This document shows, in pieces, positions 45,708 to 56,497 of a stretch of 64,000 bases of DNA. The DNA comes from Terriglobia bacterium (GTDB lineage Bacteria; Acidobacteriota; Terriglobia; JAJPHL01): assembly GCA_963747095.1 (NCBI GenBank), contig CAVVEL010000022.1:3959-67958 (forward strand). The letters are read 5' to 3'. The notes beneath the pieces were generated by a model. That model made no database searches, was not told the DNA's origin, and was given only the letters and a program-made list of their open reading frames with translations. Within the stretch, counting starts at the first letter, position 1; every line of letters starts with the position of its first letter. The translations under genes were made by a program, and so were the position numbers.

Positions 45708-48700
45708 CTAGAAATGGAACTTCATCGAGAACTGCAAAATTCGCGGCAACGTAACGGTGGTGGTTATGTTGGCGACCGAGCTGTTGCCGTTGGGCGCGAT
45801 GGCCGCATTCGGCAGGCCCAAGTTGGGATGATTCAGCGCGTTGAACATTTCAAAGCGGAATTCCAGGCCGTAGCTCTCACGGATCGCGAAGGTCTTCGAG
45901 AGGCCGGTATCGAAGGTGAACGCCGCTGGGCCGCGCAGGATAAACGCCGAAGAGTTGCCTTCCACGAGTTGCGCGCCTGGGGTAGTCGGTTCCACCGGCA
46001 TCGAGAAGCACGTCTTGTCAAACCAATTGAAGGCAGTGGGATTGCTGATCGCTCCGTTGCAGGTGCGGTTCGGCAGGTCCACCTGAAGCTCCGGGTTGTT
46101 CAATAGGTTGGTGCCGGAGAGAACCGGTGTGAAGGGGAAGCCGCTCCTGGCGGTGAAGATGCCGCTCAGTTGCCATCCGCCCACAACCTCGTTGGCCCAG
46201 CCGCCGTGGTTGAGGAACTTCTGGCCTTTGCCAAAAGGCAGCATGTAGATCGGCGAAATCGTTGCCGAGTTGGGAACATCGTTGAATCCCGCGGATTTAA
46301 GTGGAGCATATAGGTTGTCCACGCCCCAGGTCGTACCGATGCTGCGAGAATGCGTATACCAAGCGGTGAGGGTGAAACCTTTGCTCAGGCGGCGGGTGAC
46401 TTTCACTTGCAGCGCTTGATAATCGGAAGTGTCCTGGAAATCGTAGTATTCGATCGCGCCCAACTTCGGAAAAGGCGTTACCTGCGACTGACCCTTGGCC
46501 AGGACCATGCCGACCGGGCCCGGTACATTGTAATAACAGCACGCCGTGGGATTGGCCGCTCCGGAGACCGGATCCAAGTGCCGCGCCAGCGTCGCGACGT
46601 AACCTACTTGCAAGGTGGTGTCCTTGGTGAGCTGGCGTTCCAAGGTTAGGTTCCATTGGTAAGTCGATGGATCTTTGTAATTTCCGAAGGTTTCCCAGGC
46701 AGGGGCCGGAATGACCAGGCCAGCGTCGGGATTGCTGATATTCAACGGCGGAGGGCTCATGCGCGACGAATAAGTCGCCGTCTTCAGATCCAACTCGTAG
46801 GGAAAAGTCCCGTCAATTGAGTTTTGCTGATAGTCCCCCAACGCATGGCCATAAAAGATGCCGCCGCCCCCGCGAAGCACGGTCTTGCCGTTCATCTGCC
46901 ATGCGAACCCCGCGCGGGGCTGAAATTCATCTTTGGGTGAGGTTACGCAACTATCCGGCTTGCCCGCCGAGCGGCAAGTAACGACGACCCCTGGGAAGTT
47001 CGCTAGCACCTGAGCCGAGACGGTCGAAGGAAGCTGGCCGTTGGAACCGTTAGCGACCGCCACCTGTCCGGTGAACTGACCATTACTGAGCAGCGGGAGC
47101 GACCAGACCGGCGGATCCGTTCAACAGGCGTGTGGTGAACTCATAACGCAGTCCCACATTCACGGTTAAGCTACGGCTGACGCGCCATGTATCCCAAGCG
47201 TAGCCGGCCCACGTTGAAAAATGGTCGCTCAGCGTTGAGGTGGCCTGCCCCGCTTCGAAGTAGCTCAGATCGCCAAGCAAGAAGTCTCCCATCGCGTCTC
47301 CCGCAGTGCAACTGGTCGCCGATGCGCTACCTGGACAGTTTGTGGTCGCCACCGTGGGGTATCGGGCATCGCGCGTTTGCGCCCCGTTGAATCGAAACTG
47401 CCCGCGGGCCCGCGCCGTGTCTTCCAGGGTTCGCGCACCATAATACAGTTCACCGCCGAGCCGCAAGGTATGCTTGCCCCGAATCAACGTCAGATTGTCG
47501 AGACCCTGCCAGTTGGTCTCGGAAACGCGGAAGGGGCGCGTGTTGCCGGCGGCGATTGTGGTCGAGCCGATCAAGATCGTCGGCAATCCGGGAGGCGCGG
47601 TCGGCGACATGAATTGCGCCAAGCCCCACTGTTGCAGAAACGGCGTAGTGCCGACGGGGCCGATGCTTTGGTAGTTCTGCGGATTGGTGGAGACGCCGAA
47701 GCGAGCTTCGTTGATGGTCGCGGGACCAAAATTGTGGATCCAGGTCCCAGTGATATTCTTGCCGCCTAAATCATCCTGCTCTTCGCCATTGATGCCACCC
47801 AGGTTGGTGGCCTCCGGCCCTTGACCAAGAAGGTAGTTCGAGCTTTGCGTATAGCGGGCAAAGAACGTGTTTTTCTCGGAAAAGTTGTAGTCCACGCGGA
47901 TGTTGAATTGATTGATGGTGCGCCAGCGCTCCGGGTCGTAGGCGTAATTCTGGCTTGGCTCCAGCGCGAGACCCGCGTTGTTGGTGTTCTGCACACCCGG
48001 CGTATTCGGCAACGGGTACTGCTGGATGATTTGCTGGTCGATAGAGTTGAAACGGATGGAAGGAATCGTGTTGTTGGGGAACTGCAGCCCGGTGAGGGGG
48101 TCGAAGACCAGAACGCCGCTCGGGAAAACTCCGTTGCGATTCGCCACGGTTGGCACGAATGTGGTCAGCGGGTTGGAGAGAACTTCGCGCATCCCCTCAT
48201 AGTTGAAAAAGAAGAACAGCTTGTCCTTCTTGATCGGCCCACCGAAAGTTCCGCCGAATTGATTGCGCTTCAGAAGCGGTGTGACGTGGGGACCGCTATA
48301 TTCCCACTCCGCGCCGTCGAAATAGTCGTTGCGCACAAACTCATAGAGCGAGCCATGGTATCGGTTGGTTCCCGATTTCATGGTCACGTCCACTTGAGAG
48401 GGACCGCGGCTGTACTCGGGCGAGAAATTGGCGGTCTGGATTTTTACCTCGCCAATGGCATCGACGGAAACCGGGATATTGGCGCCTCCGAACTCGCTTT
48501 CCGAGTTGTCCACGCCGTCCAGACGATAAGTAACGAACGCCGCCCCGCCGCCGTTGACGTCGTAGGTCAGCATGCCATTCCGCTGTTGACCCGCCAGATT
48601 GGGATCGTTGTTCTTGAAGAGGTAATCGTAGGTAGCCGGCAGCGTTCCCGGCGAGAGTTGCAGCAATTGCGTGAATTGGCGGCCGTTCAGCGGAAGATTG

Positions 48701-49127
48701 ACCACTTGATCGCTGCTCACCACCGTGCCCACGCTGGCGTCCTCGTTTTGCAACAGCGGCGCCGCGGAGGTCACAGTGACTTCCTGGCCCATCGTGCCGA
48801 CCTTCACGGTTACGTCAATGCGGGCCTGCTGGTCGATCTGCAGCGTAATTCCGGTGAGCGTCTCGTTGCGAAAGCCCGTCGCCTTGACCGTCAACGTGTA
48901 GGGCCCGTAATCAAGCTCGGGAACACATAGACGCCGGAGCCGTTGGACGGCACGGTCTTGTCCACGTCCGTGGCGGTGTTGTGGACCGTCACCATGGCGT
49001 TGGGGACCACCGCGCCCGTAGTATCGCGCACGGTTCCTGCCAAAGAGGCGTTACCGATCTGCGCAACGGCAGTCGAACAGAAAACAGCAATTGTGATGGC
49101 CAGAAGCCAAGAGGCAGTCCGCTTCAT
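45708..49127 (-). CDS. TonB-dependent outer-membrane receptor of the Acidobacteria CarboxypepD_reg type; reading frame broken twice (near 47085-47100 and 48890-48900)
   Basis: Three consecutive ORFs (48891-49127 signal + CarboxypepD_reg GTVRDTTGAVVPNAMVTV; 47083-48894 plug/barrel; 45708-47063 C-terminal barrel ending in an aromatic residue). Either a pseudogene or sequencing errors. Confidence 0.6.
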
Positions 49128-49232
49128 AACCCAGCCCTCCGTTTGTGTCCGGATTCCACCAGCGATCAGAATCCTGGAATCTGCGGCTAAGGCGGAGCGT
49201 AGCCGGGCTGGAGAGGATTGTCAAGGGAAAAC

Positions 49233-49249
49233 TGATATCTGATATATTA
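49233..49249. promoter_or_regulatory. AT-rich recurrent motif, site 9 (TGATATCTGATATATTA) with TGTCAA 8 nt to its left (49219-49224), ~105 nt upstream of the TonB receptor gene
   Basis: Seen directly. Confidence 0.5.
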
Positions 49250-49337
49250 TCTTTCGGCAGGCCCCCTCGATTTTGGCGATCTCGGCCGGCTAGGGTGGTG
49301 TACCCGAAATTCGGCGCACAAATTCGGAACCGCCATT

Positions 49338-49459
49338 TGAAGTGCGGTAGCTTGCTAGCGCTTTTCCGCGGCGAAGCTTGCTTCGCCGCCCGCGGCGCAT
49401 GCGCCGCGGGCGGGCAAGCAAGCTTGCCCGTCAAAAGCGGTTGCAAGCTACCGCACTCC
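49338..49459. repeat. ~122-bp GC-rich imperfect palindrome centred on GCGCATGCGC (49398/49399)
   Basis: Outer arms GAAGTGCGGTAGCTTGC / GCAAGCTACCGCACTCC match 16/17. Inner arms GCTTCGCCGCCCGCGGCG / CGCCGCGGGCGGGCAAGC. Lies between the amidohydrolase stop and the TonB receptor promoter region. Confidence 0.6.
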
Positions 49460-49519
49460 AAATAAGTACTCTCTCGCCAATGTCTCCGGTTTTTCTGCGC
49501 GAACTTCAGTTACAGGACA

Positions 49520-50857
49520 CTAACGATACGCCACACCGGCCTTGAAAACGTGGCTGACGTTTTGCAGTAGTTGGATATCGGCGAGAACGTCGCCTTTCAC
49601 CAGAATTACGTCGGCCAGAAAACCCGGGCGTAGCGCGCCAATGTCCGGGGCCAGCAGCCGTCCGGGCCGCGATGTAGCCGCGGTGATCGCTTCCAGAGGC
49701 GTCATGCCAAAATCCACCAGGTTCTTCAACTCGTACCAAGTGGTTGCGCCGTGAATCAGGCCCGGCTCACCGCTATCGGTGCCGGTGACGATGCAAGCGC
49801 CAGCCGCGACAAACGGTTCGACCTTGCGCCTGAGGTTCTTCAGGAATCGCCGCTCATGATCGGCGTACGACAGATGCAGATAGTCGGCCAAGGAGTCGCG
49901 TAAACTGGCGGACAGGTCGGAGGGTAGGCTCTCGGCGGCTATTTGATCCTTCAGGCGAGCCGGGAACTTCTCGGTGTCGGTAAAGATCGTTCGCCGGGCC
50001 GACGTTGGGTCGATGCAGGTGTCGCTGCCGATCACCGCACGCAGAGTCTCCAGGCTGAAGTCGTAGTTGGAACTGAGCCCGGGATGCTCCACGGTCTTGA
50101 AGTGAAAGCGTACCGCGCGCAGCAACTCTGAATCCGAGTTGAAGCCATGACCGGCCACAGGCTTGTGAGCCTTGGCGGCTTCCCCGGTAATGGCTGCAAG
50201 TTCGTCGTCGGAGAAATTGCTTTGGTCGTGAACTTTGATCCAGTCAACGCCGGCTTCGACCAGGGCCCGCACCTTTTGCCGGCCATCTTCCGGCCCAGTA
50301 ACATCCCAGGCCCATCCGTTCCATCGATCGGCATGATGGCGCTGCAACAAAGGACCGGCCACGAAGAGCCGCGCTCCGGGAATTTTTCCGCGGGCTATTC
50401 GGTCCCTGACCTTGACGATCTCGAGCGGTGAGCCGACATCGCGGACCGTGGTCACGCCATTGAGCAAGTATTGGCGCGCACCCGCAGGCATGATTTCGCG
50501 CTCTTCCCGGCCCAGATGATCTTGCACGAAATGATCTTCGTCCATGTGGCCGATCAAGCCGAGGTGGACATGCATGTCAATCAAACCGGGCAGCACCGTC
50601 ATCCCGCCGGCGTTGATGACCTTTACACCCGCGGGTATGGGGACGGCGCCGGCATCGCCGACGGCCACGATCCGGTCGCCGGCGATGAGCACCACGCCAT
50701 TGGGAATGGGAGCAGCTCCAGATCCATCAATCACCTGGCCTCCGGCGATCGCCAGTGTGACTGGAGGAGGAGTTGCGGGAGCGGCCAGGGACGTGGCCAG
50801 CGCAAGAAAGACCAGCGCCATGCACCATACGTTCCGCCGCGTCGGTTTCGATTTCAT
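49520..50857 (-). CDS. secreted amidohydrolase-family protein (metal-dependent hydrolase)
   Basis: Signal MKSKPTRRNVWCMALVFLALATSLAAP. GLIDMHVHLG HxH motif. Similar N-terminus to the truncated gene at 1-285. Confidence 0.75.
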   Translation of the reverse strand: MKSKPTRRNVWCMALVFLALATSLAAPATPPPVTLAIAGGQVIDGSGAAPIPNGVVLIAGDRIVAVGDAGAVPIPAGVKVINAGGMTVLPGLIDMHVHLGLIGHMDEDHFVQDHLGREEREIMPAGARQYLLNGVTTVRDVGSPLEIVKVRDRIARGKIPGARLFVAGPLLQRHHADRWNGWAWDVTGPEDGRQKVRALVEAGVDWIKVHDQSNFSDDELAAITGEAAKAHKPVAGHGFNSDSELLRAVRFHFKTVEHPGLSSNYDFSLETLRAVIGSDTCIDPTSARRTIFTDTEKFPARLKDQIAAESLPSDLSASLRDSLADYLHLSYADHERRFLKNLRRKVEPFVAAGACIVTGTDSGEPGLIHGATTWYELKNLVDFGMTPLEAITAATSRPGRLLAPDIGALRPGFLADVILVKGDVLADIQLLQNVSHVFKAGVAYR

Positions 50858-50917
50858 GTCCGAATGAATACGCGCCGTCCCCCAAGGCGGCGATCGCGAA
50901 CCTTGCGGCTGGATCGC

Positions 50918-50934
50918 TGATATAGTATATATCA
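50918..50934. promoter_or_regulatory. AT-rich recurrent motif, site 10 (TGATATAGTATATATCA; same arms, different spacer) between the divergent amidohydrolase and lactonase genes
   Basis: TATATA ends 6 nt before the ATG at 50938, suggesting a leaderless transcript. Confidence 0.45.
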
Positions 50935-50937
50935 GGG

Positions 50938-52089
50938 ATGTTGAAGATCGTTTCCCGCTCAGTCCAGCGGATGTGGTTGCCGCTGTTGCTGCTCTGCCTG
51001 CTTTCCTACGCGCCGCTCTGGGCCAGCGATCCGGAATACCTGGTCTATACCGGATCATTTACCGACGCCCAGATTCCCGGAATTTATGCCTTCCGCTTCA
51101 ATGCGGCCACCGGAAAATTGTCACCGTTGGGCCTCGCGGTCGCCGCGAAGAATCCCACATACTTTTCCTTCGATGCGAAGGGACGGTTCCTCTACACCGT
51201 GGTCAACGAGAGAGAATCGACCGGCGGCGTGAGCGCCTATTCCATCGATCGGCAAACGGGAAAGCTGGCGCTTCTCAATACCGTCTCCTCGCGCGGCGCG
51301 AATACTTGCTTTGTATCGATCACGCCATCCGGCAAATATGCGCTGGCGGCGAGCTACGCCAGCGGAAACGTGGCGGTTTTCCCGGTGCGCGCCGACGGCC
51401 GCTTGGGAGAAGCCAGCGGATTCGATCAGCATTCCGCATCGAGCGGCGACAGGCAAGTGATGCCGCGCGCTCATTCCTTCAACGCATCCCCCGATGAGCG
51501 ATTTGCCATCGCCGCCGACCTCGGTCTCGATCAGTTCATCGTCTATCATCTGAAGAACGGCGAGATCACGCGCAACGGCCCTCCATTCACCGCAGTCAAG
51601 CCCGGATCGGGACCGCGTCATTTTGCGTTTCATCCTTCCGGACGATATGCGTACGGAGTGGAGGAGACATCCTCCGCACTCACGGCATTCGCCTATAACG
51701 CGGAGCGCGGAGTGCTGACCGAGTTGCAAACGGTGTCCTCGCTTCCTCCTGGCTTCACGGGAGCCAACACTACCGCCGACGTGCAAGTGCACCCTTCGGG
51801 CAAGTTTGTCTATGAGTCGAACCGCGGCGCGGACACCATCGCCGTGTTCGCCGTGGACGGTAACACGGGACTGTTGACGCCGGTGGAAAATGTCGCTTCG
51901 GGCGGCAAAACCCCGCGCATCTTCGCGATTGATCCAACCGGCAAGTTCTTGATTGCCGCCAACGAAGCTTCCAGCACTTTGGTAGTGTTCCGTATCGACC
52001 AGGCGACCGGCCGTTTAACGCCCACCGGTGAGAAGATAGACGCTCCGAAGCCGATCTGTGTGAAGTTTGTTCCGGTGCCGGCGCACTGA
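50938..52089 (+). CDS. secreted 7-bladed beta-propeller lactonase (6-phosphogluconolactonase / cycloisomerase-2 family)
   Basis: Signal peptide. LVYTGSFTDAQIPGIYAFRFNAATGKLSPLG...GGVSAYSIDRQTGKLALLN...GNVAVFPVRADGRL is the characteristic repeated pattern of this family. Confidence 0.75.
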   Translation: MLKIVSRSVQRMWLPLLLLCLLSYAPLWASDPEYLVYTGSFTDAQIPGIYAFRFNAATGKLSPLGLAVAAKNPTYFSFDAKGRFLYTVVNERESTGGVSAYSIDRQTGKLALLNTVSSRGANTCFVSITPSGKYALAASYASGNVAVFPVRADGRLGEASGFDQHSASSGDRQVMPRAHSFNASPDERFAIAADLGLDQFIVYHLKNGEITRNGPPFTAVKPGSGPRHFAFHPSGRYAYGVEETSSALTAFAYNAERGVLTELQTVSSLPPGFTGANTTADVQVHPSGKFVYESNRGADTIAVFAVDGNTGLLTPVENVASGGKTPRIFAIDPTGKFLIAANEASSTLVVFRIDQATGRLTPTGEKIDAPKPICVKFVPVPAH

Positions 52090-52099
52090 AGGAGGATTC

Positions 52100-54646
52100 T
52101 TGAAAGTTCGCATTGCAATGGTTCTGGCGGTGTCGCTGGCCGCGGCGACATTCCCCGCCAGCTTAATGGCTCAGGTGGATCACGATCAGTACGCTCGTCC
52201 GGTCTATCCGGAAGCCAAAACCGGTGCAACCTATATGTACAACTACTACCTGCCGCCGGCGGGCAGTTCCACTCCCTGGTGGCCGTCCTGGTCGCCGGAT
52301 GGGAAATCGCTGGCGTTCGCCATGCATGGCTCGATTTGGACGATTCGTATCGGCGACACCACCGCGAGGGAAGTTGCCTACTCCAAGGAGTACCTCTCGT
52401 CTCCGGAATGGTCCCCCGACGGACGATGGATCGCCTACACCGCTGAGGATTTCGCGCAAACCATCAACCTGATGCTGCTCGATTTGCAGTCCGGCAAGTC
52501 GATTCCGTTAACGACAGGGGGTTTTGTCAATCTCGATCCGGCGTGGGCGCCCGACGGCAAACGCCTGGCGTTTGTCAGCACCCAACCGAACGGCTATTTC
52601 AATATTCACGTGATGGAGATCGCCGACGGGCGCTCCGGCAAGGTCACCGCCGTGACCACCGACCATCGCTTCGGCAGCGACCGTCTTTATTTCGGCGACT
52701 ACGACGAGCACATCTCGCCGACCTGGTCTCCGGACAGCAAAGAGTTGATCTTCGTTTCCAATCGCGGCGTCCCCCTGGGGTCCGGAGCCATTTGGCGCGG
52801 GCCCGTGGAGCCGGACGTCATGAACAGCGGTCACGCAAACCGGATCCACACCGAACAGACGCTGTTTCGCACGCGACCGCATTGGTCGCCGGATGGAAAG
52901 CGGATCATCTACAGTTCGTACCTGGGTGGACAATACAACAATCTGTACGTGTTGCCGGCGTCGGGCGGCGAGCCATATAAGATGACCTTCGGCGAATTCG
53001 ACAGCTTCCACCCGCGCTGGTCACCGGACGGCGAGTGGATCGCCTACATCTGCAATGAAGGCGGTCTTCCGCAATTGAAGCTGCTGAAAAGTTGGGGCGG
53101 CTTGCAGCAACGCGTGAAAATCACGTCGTTGCATTGGAGCCGGCCGATGGGGAAGGTCGAGGTGGAAGTGATTGACGCGGCGACCGGGCGACCGATACCG
53201 GCGCGCATCTATTCCCAGGCCTCCGATGGAAAGCCCTACACTCCCGGGGATTCGTACGAGCGCGTCTCGGCTCTGAACGAACATTTATTCCACACGCCCG
53301 GGCGCTACGTTTCCGAGGTTCCTCCAGGTCCCTACTCCGTGGAGGCAGCGCGGGGGTTCGAATACGATCCGGTGCGTCAGACCGTGCAGGTACAGGCCGG
53401 CGCAACTCAACGAATCCGGTTGACGCTGCACCGCGTGCGCGATTGGAAGAGCCGCGGTTGGTATTCCGGAAGCAATCATGTGCATATGAACTACGGCGGG
53501 AACTTGCACAACACTCCAGAGAATATTTACTTCATGAACGCGGCGGAAGACGCCGACTTCATCGGGCACGAAATTGCCAACAAGGATAACCGGATTCTGG
53601 ACTACCAGTATTTCCAGCCCGGGCACATGCTGAACCCGGTGTCGACGCCGGATCGCATCATGGTGGAGGGCGAGGAATACCGGCCTCCGTTCTGGGGACA
53701 CATCTCGCTGTTCAATCTCACCGATCACCTGATCTCGCCCTTCACCACGGGATACGAAGGCACCGCTATTGAGAGCCTGTATCCTTCCAACACCGACATT
53801 TTCCAGGACGCCAAAAAGCAAGGCGCCATCGGCGCCTATGTGCATCCCTGGAACACCGCGGGAGATCCGCTGGAGCACGAACTGGGCGGCGCCAAAGGTT
53901 TCCCGGTGGACTTGGCGTTGGGCGCGTCTTCTTACCTGGAGTTGTGGTCGTCGGCCAATCGGGTGGTGCTGATTCCCTGGCACCACGCCTTGAATCTTGG
54001 ATTCCGCGTGCCGGTGACGGGCGGCGAAGATTCCATCTCCAATTTGCATCGCACCAAGCTCGTGGGATCGGTGCGCGGCTACTTCCTTTTGGGCAAAGGC
54101 AATTTGAGCTGGCCGAATTATATGGCGGCGCTGCTGAAGGGCCGTGGCTTCGTCACCAACGGTCCGCTGCTGGACCTGCGAGTCAACGGCGCGATGCCTG
54201 GCGATGACGTCAAGTTGTCCGCACCCGGAACGGTGCATGTCCATGGATTGGTGGAATCGATCGTTCCGCTGGACCGCCTGGAAGTGATGTGCAACGGACG
54301 GATCGCCTCGACCATTCCACTGGCCGGCGACCGGCGCCGCGCCGAGTTCGACCAGGAGTTGCGCGTGGAGAGCAGCGGTTGGATTACCTTGCAAGGTTTC
54401 TCGAATCGCCCGGAAAATCCGGTGGAAGACAATTTCCCGATGGCTTCGACGAACGCGGTTTACATCACAGTCGGCGGGTGCCCCGCGCGCAACCGGGAAT
54501 CGGCCGAGTATTTTCTTCGCTGGATCGATAAGCTGGCGGCGATGGTCAGCCAACATCCGGGCTGGCGGTCGGATCGGGAGAAGGAACATGTCCTGGGGCA
54601 GATTCGCGAGGCCCGCGAGGTTTTTGTGAAGCTGGCTCGGGAGTAG
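52100..54646 (+). CDS. exported TolB-like propeller + PHP-type (CehA/McbA) metallohydrolase fusion, paralog 2
   Basis: GGAGG RBS then TTG 52100 gives signal MKVRIAMVLAVSLAAATFPASLMAQ. PD40 repeats. GWYSGSNHVHMNYGG...FWGH. Same architecture as 11028-13629. Confidence 0.7.
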   Translation: MKVRIAMVLAVSLAAATFPASLMAQVDHDQYARPVYPEAKTGATYMYNYYLPPAGSSTPWWPSWSPDGKSLAFAMHGSIWTIRIGDTTAREVAYSKEYLSSPEWSPDGRWIAYTAEDFAQTINLMLLDLQSGKSIPLTTGGFVNLDPAWAPDGKRLAFVSTQPNGYFNIHVMEIADGRSGKVTAVTTDHRFGSDRLYFGDYDEHISPTWSPDSKELIFVSNRGVPLGSGAIWRGPVEPDVMNSGHANRIHTEQTLFRTRPHWSPDGKRIIYSSYLGGQYNNLYVLPASGGEPYKMTFGEFDSFHPRWSPDGEWIAYICNEGGLPQLKLLKSWGGLQQRVKITSLHWSRPMGKVEVEVIDAATGRPIPARIYSQASDGKPYTPGDSYERVSALNEHLFHTPGRYVSEVPPGPYSVEAARGFEYDPVRQTVQVQAGATQRIRLTLHRVRDWKSRGWYSGSNHVHMNYGGNLHNTPENIYFMNAAEDADFIGHEIANKDNRILDYQYFQPGHMLNPVSTPDRIMVEGEEYRPPFWGHISLFNLTDHLISPFTTGYEGTAIESLYPSNTDIFQDAKKQGAIGAYVHPWNTAGDPLEHELGGAKGFPVDLALGASSYLELWSSANRVVLIPWHHALNLGFRVPVTGGEDSISNLHRTKLVGSVRGYFLLGKGNLSWPNYMAALLKGRGFVTNGPLLDLRVNGAMPGDDVKLSAPGTVHVHGLVESIVPLDRLEVMCNGRIASTIPLAGDRRRAEFDQELRVESSGWITLQGFSNRPENPVEDNFPMASTNAVYITVGGCPARNRESAEYFLRWIDKLAAMVSQHPGWRSDREKEHVLGQIREAREVFVKLARE

Positions 54647-54670
54647 CCGCAGGGCCCGGGGAACGGCTCG

Positions 54671-54687
54671 TGATATCTGATATATTA
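54671..54687. promoter_or_regulatory. AT-rich recurrent motif, site 11 (TGATATCTGATATATTA), 57 nt upstream of the first gene of the plus-strand GMC array
   Basis: Read rightward it contains TGATATATT (extended -10 like). Confidence 0.5.
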
Positions 54688-54743
54688 GCAGCGGGTGCTC
54701 GTTCCGGTGTACGATGGTCTCGCGGACCAGGCAAGGAAGAAGC

Positions 54744-56480
54744 ATGGCCAAAGTTTACGACGTTGTGATTGTGGGTTCCGGCGCGGGCGGCGGGATGTTC
54801 GCCAAGGTGCTCACCGAAGCCGGCGCCGACGTGTTGCTGGTCGAAGCCGGCGGGCACAATATCGACCGCGATATCCGGCACCACCAATGGCCCTGGGAGC
54901 TTCCCGGCCGCAACACTTACCGCCTGGACGAAGAGTATACGGTGCGGTTGAAGACCAAGCAATACACGGTGGGCCAAGGCGAGCGCGAAGTGGTCACCAC
55001 ATTCGATGGCAGCGCCCACCAGGACCATTACAACGACCATTTCTGGGCCAAACGAAGGGATTGGAAGTACACCTTTCCGAAAGCCAAGCCTTACCGCTGG
55101 GTTCGGGTGCGCGCGCTGGGAGGCAAGACCAATTGCTGGAGCGCCAACGTGGGACGCTGGGGTCCCATCGAATTTGCACCTGCCAGCTATGACGGATTTG
55201 ACGTGGACTGGCCGATCACGTACGAAGAGTTGGCGCCGTGGTACGAAAAGGTCGAGAAACTCATCGGCATTTCCGGCGGGGACACCAAGAGTCCGGATTT
55301 TCCAACCGGCAACTGGCTCCCGCCGCAGGCGCCGCGGTGCGCGGAAGTGCGCCTGGCCGCGGCGATCTCCAAGAAGATGGGACTCTATTCCTTCTCCGAG
55401 CCGAAAGGGGCGATCAGCCGCGACTTCAACGGACGTCCCGCGTGCCACTCTTGCGGCGCGTGCCATCGCGGCTGCGATTCCGGTTCGAAGTTCACCACCG
55501 CCGGAGTTCTGCTGCCGCCGGCCTTCGCCACCGGGTGCCTGACGGTCCGCATGAACTCCATCGTGCGCGAAGTGATGACCGATGCCGACGGCCGCGCGCA
55601 CGGCGTTGCCTTTGTGGATCGCTACACCTTTCAGGAAGGCGAAGCGCTCGGCAAAGTCGTGGTGCTGGCGGCCAGCGCTATGGAATCGGCGCGCATCATG
55701 CTCAATTCCAAGTCGCCGCGATTCTCGAACGGGATCGCCAATTCCAGCGGACAGGTCGGCCGCAACATGGTGGAGAACGTCACCGCCGGCGCCAGCGGCT
55801 TCTTCCCCGATTTCCGCAATCGCGAAGTGACCAACGACGATGGATGGGGCGCCGGCATGCAGGTTGCGCCGTTCCTCAACACCAACGCCAAGAACCGCAC
55901 CAACAAATTCCTGCGGCGCTACGTGATCGCGTTCTCCGGCGGATTCGGCATGGGCGGCGGCGGAGCACGCGGCGTCCAGCAGTTCGGCGAGACCTATAAG
56001 CACACCGTTCGCGAACAATATGGCTGGGGAATCGGCGCCGGCGGATCGGGCGAGACCATCCGCAGCGACGATAATTATATGGAACTCGATCCCGAAGTGA
56101 AGGACATTTGGGGGATCCCGGCGGCGCGCGTGTCTACCACTTTCGGCGAAAACGAGGAAGCCATGGCCCGAGACATGGTGGAGCGAAGCCGGGAGATGAT
56201 CGAGTGCGCCGGAGGAACCGTGACCGGCTGGCAAGCCTCGGCGTCGATCCCCGGCGGGCAGATTCATGAGCAAGGCACATGCCGGATGGGCAACGATCCC
56301 AAGAAATTCGTCACCAACCGTTGGGGTCAATGCCATGACGTGCCCAATTTGGTGCTGGCCGACGGCTCGCTGCACGTGACCGCCGCCACCGGCAATCCCA
56401 CACAGACGATCTTGACCATTGCCATGCGCAACGCAACGCACTTGGCGGAGATGGTCCGCAACGGCGACCTGAAAAGCTAG
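54744..56480 (+). CDS. GMC-family FAD oxidoreductase (array copy 1), no signal peptide
   Basis: MAKVYDVVIVGSGAGGGM. C-terminal IHEQGTCRMGNDPKKFVTNRWGQCHDVPNLVLADGSLHVTAATGNPT. Confidence 0.85.
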   Translation: MAKVYDVVIVGSGAGGGMFAKVLTEAGADVLLVEAGGHNIDRDIRHHQWPWELPGRNTYRLDEEYTVRLKTKQYTVGQGEREVVTTFDGSAHQDHYNDHFWAKRRDWKYTFPKAKPYRWVRVRALGGKTNCWSANVGRWGPIEFAPASYDGFDVDWPITYEELAPWYEKVEKLIGISGGDTKSPDFPTGNWLPPQAPRCAEVRLAAAISKKMGLYSFSEPKGAISRDFNGRPACHSCGACHRGCDSGSKFTTAGVLLPPAFATGCLTVRMNSIVREVMTDADGRAHGVAFVDRYTFQEGEALGKVVVLAASAMESARIMLNSKSPRFSNGIANSSGQVGRNMVENVTAGASGFFPDFRNREVTNDDGWGAGMQVAPFLNTNAKNRTNKFLRRYVIAFSGGFGMGGGGARGVQQFGETYKHTVREQYGWGIGAGGSGETIRSDDNYMELDPEVKDIWGIPAARVSTTFGENEEAMARDMVERSREMIECAGGTVTGWQASASIPGGQIHEQGTCRMGNDPKKFVTNRWGQCHDVPNLVLADGSLHVTAATGNPTQTILTIAMRNATHLAEMVRNGDLKS

Positions 56481-56497
56481 AGGAAGGACGGACGAAC

